From assembly GCA_038087875.1 (NCBI GenBank), contig CM075993.1:3598001-3662000 (forward strand): DNA of 64,000 nucleotides, in the 5' to 3' direction. Shown here in pieces: positions 53,415 through 64,000 of the stretch. The notes under the pieces are model-generated. The model was not told the DNA's origin, ran no database searches, and saw nothing but the letters and a program-made list of their open reading frames with translations. Made by a program: the position numbers and the translations under genes. Origin of the DNA: Malacoraja senta. Its lineage: Eukaryota. Numbering within the stretch: position 1 is the first letter of the stretch; every line of letters begins with the position of its first letter.

Positions 53415-55003
53415 ACCCTGCTGCTATATTCTATGTTCAACATGTCTCGATGTTCTCATGATCTCAGGGTGGCTCATTGACAAAAGGCCGGCACTGAGGC
53501 ACGGTTGGTAGACCTGCAGCCTCACAGCGCCAGTGACCCAGATTTGATGCTGACTTTGGGGCTATCTGTGTGGAGTTTGCATGTTTTCCCTGTGACCACA
53601 CGGGTTTCTTTCATGTGCTCTAGTTCCCCCCCCCACAATCCCAAAGGCTGGCGGGTTTTTAGGTTAATTGGGCCACTGTAAATTACCCCTGGTATGGAAG
53701 GAGTGGGCGAGGAAGTAGGAGACATTAAACTAGTGTGTAAGGCTGATCGATGGCCTGCGTGGACTCTGTGGGCCGAACGGCCTGTTTCCGTGCTGTATCA
53801 CTAAACTAAACTCAAACTGGGTCCTTGGTCTCCCACAGAAATTCTGACAGGAGGGAACAATTGGTGTTCATTCCTCCCCTCAAACCCCACCTCACTTCTG
53901 CCCCGATGGTTCTACATTTACTTAGAAAGGTGCTGTACCCAGACTCCCATCAGAGGAAAAACACCAGTGCACTTTACTGCACCAATTTGGAGTTGCAGAA
54001 CCCATGGGGTTCTGGGATGGCAATTAATCAGATGCACATCAAGCAATAGTGTAGTCTGAAGAAGGGTCTCGACCCAAAACGTCACCCATTCCTTCGTTCC
54101 AGAGATACTGCCTGTCCCGCTGAGTTACTCCAGCGTTTTGTGTCTACCTTTGGTTTAAACCAGCATCTGCAGTTCCTTCCTGCACTGTAGATCAATCAAT
54201 CTCATTCCAAAAATTAACGACCCAGCCACCACGTTAAATATTCACTCCCTTCGCCATTATGCACTGTGGCTACATATGTGCCATCTAGAAAATGCACGGC
54301 AGTTTGTTACTCTGACACCACCTCCAAGACCTGCAATCCCTACCACCAAGGCAAGGAATATGGGAGCAGCACGACCTCCAAGGTTCACTCCATCCTGACT
54401 TGGAAACGTATTACAGTTCCTTCATTGTTCCTTGCATCGCCCGGCACGGCCTTAATGGCCGCGGGACTTATTTACCATCGCCCGCCGGGGGCTTTGACTT
54501 TGACATCGGGAGGAGAATGGGCAGTGCAGGGGAGAGACAAGACTTTGCCTTCCATCACAGTGAGGAGGAGATTCACTGTGATGGATGTTTGTGTAAATTG
54601 TGTTGTGTCTTGGTTCTTTTTACTTGTTTGTATGACTGCAGAAACCAAATTTTGTTTGAACTTGGGTTCAAATGACAACAAATAAATTGTATCATTGTAT
54701 TGTATCATTCAATTCAAATCCAGGTATTCTCCATCCAATTGGTCTGTGGGAAGACCCTCAACAGAAGGACTACAGTAGTTCATGAAGGAGGTTCACCACC
54801 ACCTCAAGGGCAATAGAGAGGGGTTTAAATGTCCCTTTAATTATGGGCTTTGAACACTGCCTGCAGCAACAATGTCAAAGTTCCCTCCTTATACACTCTT
54901 TTTGTACCTTTGCCAGCAATCATCTCATCCTACTAAGAAAGAAATGATTTTGTTTGACAAGTCACTGCACGATTACAACAAGAGCGGATGTGGCAATACT
55001 CAC

Positions 55004-55061
55004 CAACAATAACAATTCCAATGAACAGGCTGAGAGTTATCCTTGCAAGCCAGTGGAATCT
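55004..55061 (-). CDS. DUOXA: DUOXA coding exon 2
   Basis: tttttccag|AGA ... G|gtgagt; 58 bp; RFHWLARITLSLFIGIVIV, matching the DUOXA motif RxxWLxRxxLSLFIG. Confidence 0.93.
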
Positions 55062-56894
55062 CTGGAAAAATGATCACACAACTGTTGGTACAAAATGCCA
55101 TCGCGATCGCCCCACACTAGTTCCACCCCACATACACGAGGGACATTTTACGATCTTTACCGAAGCCATTTAACCCACAAACCTGCACGTCTTTGGGAAT
55201 GTGGGAGTTAACCGGAACACCTGGGGAAACCATGGGGAGAACGTACAAACTCCGTACAAACAGCACCCGTAGTCAGGATCGAATCCGGGTCTCTAGCGCT
55301 GTGAGGCAGCAACTCTACCGCGGTTGTAGTTATGGAAAACTAAGCACTGACCACACTAGGAGCACTGCAAGCAGTTCTAGCATCTAGCAACTCGGGAAGA
55401 ATACAATGGCCTTGCAATGTAATTTTTCCAGAGATCTAAACTCCCAGTGATTAGACTATTAGGAAAGACTACAGAAAGACTACAGAAATTAACGTTGTCC
55501 TTCTTGGAATTTTGAAAGTTAAAGAGCGGATTGATAAAGATTTTCAAGAAAGTTTTGTTGGACATATCAGGAGAAACTATTCCGTTAACTACGTTATCTA
55601 TGATCACAAACATACTTGGAAAACAAGAACCAGGCCTTTTAGGAGAGAAGTTAGGAACCTTGCAGAGAATGCAGAGAGTATGAAACTCTCTTCTGCAAAT
55701 GGCAGTTACGCATGGTCAGCTGTTAATTTTTAATCCAAGATTGAGTTTTTTTAAAATCAAACAAAAGTGTTATGGGATTTGGGATAAAGGTGGGTAATGG
55801 GTTACGGAATGGCAGAGGCTTGATGTGATAGTTGATGATTCAACATCGTATTCACCATGAAATTGGGATGGAGTATTGGAAAAATGGCTTAAAACATAGA
55901 AATAGACGTAGATGTAGGCTATTGATCACTCCACTCCACCCCCTGCCTGTCTGTCTGTGTGCCTCATTCTGCCATGTAATATTCAGATCAAGGTTGATCT
56001 TTCACCTGCACATTCTTCCTACACATCTTGTCTTCCCGTTCCTCTTTGGAAAATATCCGCCCTTTCACTGATAATTACAAATGGACAATAGCTGCAGGAG
56101 TAGGCCATTCGATCTGATGAAAGGAACAAAGTCCTTTGATCTAGACCCAGGGTTGGGGACAGGCTGAATCAGGGGTCGAGGTATCTAAAATAATTCCACA
56201 ATCGGGGAAGATGCTGAACGAGGAATTAGTGTTTGCGTTAGTGTGCAGGAAAGAACTGCCAATGCTAGTTTAAATCGAAGATAGGCACAAAATGCTGGAG
56301 CGATTCAGCGACTGGAGAGAAGGAATGGGTGAAGTTTTGGGTCAAGACCCTTCTTCAGACTAAGAGTCGGGGGGGGGGTGGAGATATAGATGGTGATATC
56401 AAGAGATACAGAACAAATGAATGAGAGATATGCAAAAAAAAGTAACGATGACAAAGGAAACAGGCCATTGTTGGTTGTTTGCTAGGTGAGAACGAGAAGC
56501 TGGTGTGTCTTGGGTGAACAGGATCTCATATTTCCCATTTGTCTATCTCCATTAATATGGCTTGAGGGTGCTTTAGCCTTCATTGTACAGAATCATTCAG
56601 CTGCTGTAGGATAACAGTTTATCTTATCTCTTTGAAACATGTATTCAATTAGTCTCAGTGCCTTGCTGTTTCCGCACCCATCATTCACCTTATTCTTCCA
56701 CCCTTTAAGGAGTGTATGCCAGACCATAATAACTCATTGCTCAATAATATATTTGTTATCGCCTCTCATTCTTTTGCTGGTCACATTAACTCCATGCCTC
56801 CCATTAACCATATAACCATATAACAATTACAGCACGGAAACAGGCCATCTCGGCCCTTCTAGTCCAGTACAAACCTATCCAACAATAGAAACAG

Positions 56895-57121
56895 AAGGTA
56901 GACAAAAATGCTGCCGCACCCACTCAGCGGGTGAGGCAGCATCTCTGGAGCGAAGGAAATAGGCAACGTTTCGGGCCGAAACCCGGAAGGAAATAGGCAA
57001 CGTTTCGGGCCGAAACCCGGAAGGTTTCCTTCGCTCCATAGATGCTGCCTCACCCGCTGAGTTTCTCCAGCATTTCTATCTACCTTTGATTTTCCAGCAT
57101 CTGCAGTCCCTTCTTAAACAT
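56895..57121. mobile_element. Palindromic PLE-repeat element with duplicated internal unit
   Basis: Same family, two tandem units; TSD caatagaaacag at 56883-56894 and 57122-57133. Confidence 0.8.
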
Positions 57122-57289
57122 CAATAGAAACAGTTTCCTTTTATTAATTTTTTCACCCCATAATTAATTTTATTATTAAATCTTCCCTGAAACCATTCAT
57201 TAGGAATCTGATTGAGGCTCCATCTGAAGCCCTTGAATTCCCGAAAGGTTGCTGCGGAGGTAAAAACACGAACTAAGATAGGTACTTAC

Positions 57290-57436
57290 TTCAGCTCCGC
57301 GGATGCCAATGAGTATTATGAGGAAAGACACCAGGAAAACTAAAAAAATAATAATGACCACGATTTCGATGGTGTTGAACCCTACTGGTGTCCGCGCTGT
57401 TGGGTAGAAGGGGTAAAGGCCATCGTAAAAGGTCAT
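57290..57436 (-). CDS. DUOXA: Dual oxidase maturation factor, coding exon 1
   Basis: MTFYDGLYPFYPTARTPVGFNTIEIVVIIIFLVFLVSFLIILIGIRGAE; 147 bp; donor GAA|gtaagt. An acceptor (tatttcag) 22 nt upstream of the ATG, exon start 57458, implies an upstream non-coding exon. Confidence 0.93.
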
Positions 57437-57517
57437 CTTTGCGGTCTCTTGTGATCGTCTGAAATACATGATATTACAGAGTAAAATGAACCATATTCAG
57501 TACAGATATCATGCCAT

Positions 57518-57946
57518 TAGATACATAGATACATAGAAAATAGGTGCAGGAGTAGGCCATTCGGCCCTTCGAGCCTGCACCGCCATTCAATATGATCATG
57601 GCTGATCATCCAACTCAGTATCCCGTACCTGCCTTCTCTCCATACCCCCTGATCCCTTTAGCCACAAGGGCCACATCTAACTCCCTCTTAAATATAGCCA
57701 ATGAACTGGCCTCAACTACCCTCTGTGGCAGAGAGTTCCAGAGATTCACCACTCTCTGTGTGAAAAAGTTTTTCCTCATCTCGGTCTTAAAGGATTTCCC
57801 CCTTATCCTTAAGCTGTGACCCCTTGTCCTGGACTTCCCCAACATCGGGAACAATCTTCCTGCATCTAGCCTGTCCAACCCCATAAGAATTTTGTACGTT
57901 TCTATAAGATCCCCTCTCAATCTCCTAAATTCTAGCGAGTATAAGC
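57518..57946 (-). mobile_element. CR1 LINE 3' end (young), about 60 bp upstream of the DUOXA exon acceptor
   Basis: ORF 57615-57920 matches the 40320 copy. Confidence 0.9.
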
Positions 57947-59899
57947 TAGAGGAGGTTGCTAAATGCCAGGTAGTTAAGCTAAAGGGTTATTTTATTAAGC
58001 AAAAAAGGGTTATTAAGATAGACACAAAAAGCTGGAGTAACTGAAGAAGGGTCTGAGGTCTGAAGAAGGGTCTCGACCTGAAACATCAACCATTCCAGAG
58101 ATGCTGCTTGTCCCGCTGACTCACTCCAGCATTCTGTTTCTATCTTCAGTTTAAACCAGCATGTGCAGTTCCTCCCTACACAAGGGCTGTTCAGAGACAG
58201 AGATACTGGGATCCGGAGCAAAAAAACAAACTGCTGGAAGAATTCAGTGGGATAGGCAACATCTGTAGAGGCAGAGGGATTGTTGGCACTTTGGGTTGAG
58301 AGCCTGCATGGGGACTGAGCATCTGAAGGGAAGATAAACTAAACTAAAGAGATGAGGGGCTAGGGTGAGCCAGAAGATGGAATGTGATGTGAATCTAGGT
58401 GAGATGAGTTGATGGAGAGAGAGATAGTGCAGGAGGTTGGGGGGGGTGGGGGCGGGGGCGGGGGTGGTATGTGGAGACAACAGAGGGCTGCAGAACACCA
58501 AATCTGATAGGAAAGGGGGAGATGATGGAACTGGATAATGGAGGGATGGCAGGTATATGGGAACAGCGGTGGGAGGCGGAGGAGATAGGGTACCGAATGG
58601 ATACAGTGTTTGGGTTGTAGGCAGGCGGAACCAGCTGAAGGAAGGAATAGAAAACTGCGCCAGTAGGAGTTCGGTGGAGGGGAGGGGTGGGAAAGAAAGG
58701 TGTGTGTAAGACCTGGGTGGATTAGATGAAGAGAGAAAGGAATGTTGTGGGTTACCCAAAATTGTAGGATTCGAAGTTCATGCCCAAAGGTTGCAGATTC
58801 CCCTTGTGAAATATGAGGTGCTGTTCCTCAAGTTTGTTTTAGTTTTAGAGATACAGATTCAACCCACCGAGTCCGCACCGACCAGCAATTCCCGTGCATT
58901 AACACTATCCGACACACACACACACACACGAGGGACAATTTTGCATGTATACCAAGCCAATTGACCTATAAACCTGTACGTCTTTGGTGTGTGGGAGGAA
59001 ACGGAAGATCTCGGAGAAAACCCACGCAGGTCACGGGGAGAACGCACAAAACACCGTACAAGGCAGCACCTGTAGTCGGGATCGAACTGCAAGTGCTGTA
59101 AGGTTTGTGTTTGGTCTCCTCCCGGCATTGGAGGGGGTTGAGGGCAGATGGGTCGGTGTGGGAATGATGAGGAGGTGCTCGGGATGTGGCCTCCTCCGAA
59201 TCGCTGAGACCAAGCGACCACTTTGCCGAGTGCCGGTGCTCTGCCAATGATGGCCATGTCGAGCCCTTGATTGCAGGACGTTCCAAGTCCCTTCCCCATT
59301 CCCACGCTGATCCAGTCAACAACCCAATGACATGACCACTGAATGCTCCAATTTCAGGTAACCCTACGCTGCCTTTGTTAACCCAATTCTTTCAACTCGT
59401 CACTTTAATTACATATTTCATGTATGTATTGTTTTATGACTGTTGGCAGATCAAATTCCCTCCTGGGATCAATAAAGTTCTATCATATCGTAATCTTTTC
59501 TCTCCTTTTGATCCACCCAGATCCACTTTCCAAGCCTCATCCTCCATCTCCCATTACCCAGTATCTCTTTCGCCATCTATCTCCATCTGCTGTCACCCAC
59601 ACACTCAATCCACATGGTCCCCTCTCCTCCCTCACTGTTCCCACCCACCCAGTGTACCTCCTTGGCACTTTTAATCAGATTGTATAATCTGCAGCCCTTT
59701 GTAGACTCCACAAATCGCCTCCCAACCTCTGTCGCTACCTTCACCCCCCGCCCTCAACTTGCTCTCTAACTGACCATCATCCTCTCTTCAGTTTAATCTA
59801 TGTATCATCTCCCCTCACCAGCCTCCAACTCCCCCTTACCATCTCCCCACCCTCCCTCTTGCACCCCTTCACACTGGCTACCTTCCCTTTGCACTCTCA

Positions 59900-60608
59900 A
59901 GGGCCTGTCCCACTTGGGTGTCATTTGCGCGTCACGCAGGTGGCGCGCGAAGATTTTGTGATTCCCTAAATCCTGGGGCGCCGCGCGACACCCGTGTCGT
60001 GACGTGTAAATGATGTCGCGTAAATGACAATAGACAACAGACAATAGGTGCAGGAGTAGGTCATTAGGCCCTTTGAGCCAGCACCGCCATTCAATGTGAT
60101 CATGGCTGATCATCCCCAATCAGTACCCCGTTCCTGCCTTCTCCCCATATCCCCTGACTCCGCTATTTTTAAGAGCCCTATCTAGCTCTCTCTTGAAAGT
60201 ATCCAGAGAACCTGCCTCCACCGCCCTCTGAGGCAGAGAATTCCACAGACTCACCACTCTCTGTGAGAAAAAGTGTTTCCTCGTCTCCGTTCTAAATGGC
60301 TTACTCCTTATTCTTAAACTGTGGCCCCTGGTTCTGGACTCCCCCAACATCGGGAACATGTTTCCTGCCTCTAGCGTGTCCAAGCCCTTAACAATCTTAT
60401 ATGTTTCAATGAGATCCCCCTCATCCTTCTAAACTCCAGAGTGTACAAGCCCAGCCGCTCCATTCTCTCAGCATATGACAGTCCCGCCATCCCGGGAATT
60501 AACCTTGTAAACCTACGCTGCACTCCCTCAATAGCAAGAATGTCCTTCCTCAAATTAGGAATGTCCTTCCTCAAATTAGCCCAATGACGCTCAAGTGGGA
60601 CAGGCCCT
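59900..60608. mobile_element. MITE with TIR agggcctgtcccacttg and 3-bp TSD tca, interrupted by a CR1 fragment
   Basis: tca|agggcctgtcccacttg ... caagtgggacaggccct|tca. Confidence 0.75.
60027..60580 (-). mobile_element. CR1 LINE 3' end, (CTATTGT)n-tail subfamily, nested in a MITE
   Basis: ORFs 60120-60383 and 60371-60784. Relatives at 24030-24320 (-) and 25357-25645 (+). Confidence 0.88.
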
Positions 60609-61035
60609 TCAGTCCTGATGCAGGGTATCGACCCGAAAGACAGATTATGCCTTTGCCTCCACAGATGATGCTTGACTGGCCGAGTTTCTCCAGCAGTTTG
60701 TTTTTGCCAGTAAACCACAATGCCATTTATACTAAATAGTTTTTGTACTGGGTGTAATCCAAAAATTACTGCCTTAGAAGGCACAGAATCTGCAACTCCG
60801 CGACATGAAGCTCAGATGACTAATTTCGGGCTAGTATACTGCCGCAAGGGACAGAAGCCCAAGCCTATGATCCTCCCGCTCCAAGAACTTTTGCGCTTGT
60901 TCTGTGACAGTCTGAAGCCTTGTAAAGCAATTTACCACAGTCAGTACCCACCGATGCAGTAGCATTGTCAAAACTCAGAACACCAAAGAAGCGTACACAT
61001 TATTAATCTTGGGTTCCAATAAAGTTCTTTTAAGG

Positions 61036-62361
61036 TACACAAAAATGCTGGAGAAACTCAGCGGGTGCAGCAGCATCTATGGAGCGAAGGAAATAGGCAA
61101 CGTTTCGGGCCGAAACCCTTCTTCAGACTGATAGGGGGTGAGGAGAAGAAAGGAAAAAAGGCGGAGGAGGAGCCCGAGGGCTGGGGGAGGGGAGGAGACA
61201 ACCAGAGGGCTGATGAAGGGGAGGGGACAGCAAGGGCTAGCAGAATTGGGAGAATTCAATGTTCAAGCCCCCAGGATGTAGACTGCCCAAGCGGAATATG
61301 AGGTGCATTTCCTCCAATTTCCGGTGTTGCTCGCTGTGGCCATGGAGGAGACCCAGGACAGAGAGGTCAGATACGGAATGGGAGGGGGAGTTGAAGTGCT
61401 GAGCCACCGGGAGCTCAGGTTGGTTATTGCGGACCGACCGGAGGTGTTCGGCGAAACGATAATTTCTGTGTCATTTCTCTTTATCTCATCTGCAACCTAA
61501 CAAGGGCAGAGTCCCCCTAGTCCTCACCTTTCACCCCACCAGCCGTCACATACAACGTGATCCTCCGTCAGTTTCGCCACCTCCAACGTGACCCCACCAC
61601 TCGCCACATCTTCCCATCTCCCCCCATGTCTGCCTTCCGCAAAGACCGCTCCCTCCGTAACTCCCTTGTCAATTCTTCCCTTCCCTCCCATACCACCCCT
61701 TCCCCGGGTACTTTCCCTTGCAACCGCAAGAGATGCAACACTTGTCCCTTCACCTCCCCCCTCGACTCCATTCAAGGACCCAAGCAGTCGTTCCAGGTGC
61801 GACAGAGGTTCACCTGCATCTCCTCCAACCTCATCTATTGCATCCGCTGCTCTAGATGCCAGCTGATCTACATCGGTGAGACCAAGCGGAGGCTTGGCGA
61901 TCGTTTCGCCGAACACCTCCGGTCGGTCCGCAATAACCAACCTGACCTCCCGGTGGCTCAGCACTTCAACTCCCCCTCCCATTCCGTATCTGACCTCTCT
62001 GTCCTGAGTCTCCTCCATGGCCACAGCGAGCAACACCGGAAATTGTAGGAAATGCACCTCATATTCCGCTTGGGCAGTCTACATCCTGGGGGCTTGAACA
62101 TTGAATTCTCCCAATTCTGCTAGCCCTTGCTGTCCCCTCCCCTTCATCAGCCCTCTGGTTGTCTCCTCCCATCCCCCAGCCCTCGGGCTCCTCCTCCGCC
62201 TTTTTTCCTTTCTTCTCCCCACCCCCTATCAGTCTGAAGAAGGGTTTCGGCCCGAAACGTTGCCCATTTCCTTCACTCCATAGATGCTGCTGCACCCGCT
62301 GAGTTTCTCCAGCATTTTTGTGTACCTTCGATTTTCCAGCATCTGCAGTTCCTTCTTTAAC
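61036..62361 (+). mobile_element. 5'-truncated Penelope-like element: GIY-YIG endonuclease remnant with inverted terminal arms
   Basis: ORF 61557-62048 contains C-x4-C-x2-C and NLIYCIRCSRCQLIYIGET..RF.EH (GIY-YIG). About 61032-61460 is the reverse complement of 61900-62328. 15-bp TSD aaagttcttttaagg at 61021-61035 and 62362-62376. Confidence 0.9.
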
Positions 62362-64000
62362 AAAGTTCTTTTAAGGATGTGGTGACACAAGGAACAACAG
62401 ATACTGGAATCTTGAGCAAAACACAAAGTGCTGGAGGAACTCAGCGGGTCAGGCAGCTTATGTGGAGGGAATGGACAGGTGATGTTTTGGATCAGGACCT
62501 TCCACAGTCTGAAACATCGACCCTTCTTTGACCCGAAGCATCATCTGTCCATTTTCTCCACAGATACTGCATGACCTGCTGAGTTTCTCCAGCATTTTGT
62601 GTTTTGCTGTAAGGGAGTGGTGCTTTACCTCAACCAGAGAGCAGTGCTGAACTACTATCTACCTCATTGGTCACCCTCGGACTATCCTTGATCGGACTTT
62701 GCTGGCTTTACCTTGCACTAAACGTTATTCCCTTATCATGTATCTATACACTGTAAATGGCTCGATTGTAATCATGTATTGTCTTTCTGCTGACTGGATA
62801 GCACGCAACAAACGTTTTTCACTGTACCTCGGTACACGTGACAATAAACTAAACTGAACTTTAATGTACAGGTTACTTGTCCAGTCTTTAATTAATGGTT
62901 GAACCATTATGAAGATAAGTGAATTCTAGGTAAGTGTACAGTTAAAATGGAGATGGGCTGATTAGCGGATAGGCTGAGTTGCGGATAAAGCGGAAGATTG
63001 TCAAAGGAGGACATAGATCAGAGGGAAGTATGAGTGGAGAAATGGCAGATGGAGTTTAATCCAGAAAAGTGTGAGGTGAGATCAAAACTAAGGGGAAGGT
63101 AAGGCAGGGTCCTTAGGGATCAGAGGATGCAAGTCCATGGCTCTCTGAAAGTGGCAACTCAAGTAGATAAAGTGGGCAAAGCAATAAAATGGTATACTTC
63201 GAAGGTAGACACAAAATGCTGGAGTAACTCAGCGGGACAGGCAGCATCTCTGGAGAGAAGGAATGGGTGATGTTTTGGGTCCAGACCTTTCTTCAGACTT
63301 CAGATGTGGTATACTTGCCTTTATCAATCAGGCATAAAATAAGTCAAGTTATAGCAGCATAAACCTTTGGTTAAGTCACACGGAGCAGTTCTTGATCACC
63401 ACATTACAGGACGGATGTGGATGTTTTGGCGAGGCTTACCAGAATGCTAAGATAGACACAAAGCTGGAGTAACTCAGCAGGTCAGAGACAGCATCTCTGG
63501 AGAATAGGAATAGGTGACGTTTCTGGTCGAGACCTTTCTTCAGACTACTCTAATCTGGTGCAGAACTCCCTCTCTTTAAAAATTGGCACTGATGATTTAG
63601 CCAGGATCGCTATCCTCAGTCCACAGAATAATCTTTCAGCTCCCTTACACAAGGTCTAAGAATGCTGGATTGGAGCGTATTAGCTGAAAGGAGATATTAG
63701 ATAAACTTGGGCTTATTTTCTTTGGATCTTTAGAGACTAAGGGATCTGCTAGACGTATATAAAATAATGAGAAGCTTAGATGGGGTAGAGAGTCAGAGTC
63801 TTTTTGCTCAAGGTAGAGATGTTAAATACTAGAGGGTGTAGCTTTGTGTTGAGAGAGAGAGAGAGAAAGTTTAAGGAGATTTATGAGGCAGTTTTACACA
63901 GAGAATTGTAGTTGTGTGGAACAACCTGCCAAGGGAGACGATGGAAACAGATATGACAGCAACATTTAAGAGGCGTGCAGGCATCGGAAGGAAATGGATT

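Noticed and set aside
57437..57469. Upstream in-frame ATG (MYFRRSQETAK) extending DUOXA
   Set aside because: It overlaps a good splice acceptor at 57459-57460; MTFY matches the family start and gives the expected 147-bp exon.
60710..61020. Unique segment as the DUOXA promoter or non-coding first exon
   Set aside because: No convincing minus-strand donor or promoter signature; cannot be supported without transcripts.

Overview
Repeat-dense vertebrate DNA, most likely an elasmobranch (skate/ray/shark), inferred from the abundant HE1-like V-SINEs and CR1 LINEs. Three spliced genes were read by hand; the ORF track misses most of their exons. (1) Two late exons of an ERGIC-53/LMAN1-family lectin, probably LMAN1L (+, 17169-21456). 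(2) Exons 2-3 of complexin-3 (+, 25185-34584), ending in the CAAX motif CCVM. (3) A 7-exon dual oxidase maturation factor gene (DUOXA, -, 42463-57436, about 321 aa), convergent with CPLX3; its short last exon is the least certain. A 200-N gap (21816-22015) lies where the last LMAN1L exon and first CPLX3 exon are expected; the exons on either side are phase-compatible. Most of the rest is mobile DNA: HE1-like SINEs, very young CR1 3' ends, Rex1/Babar-like LINE ends, several MITEs and a 1.7-kb foldback element. The most notable group is a large family of Penelope-like (GIY-YIG) derivatives whose terminal repeats carry minimal hammerhead-ribozyme cores and often form palindromic inserts with 10-16 bp target-site duplications (TSDs). 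All family assignments come from recalled sequence knowledge, not database searches; repeat boundaries are approximate.
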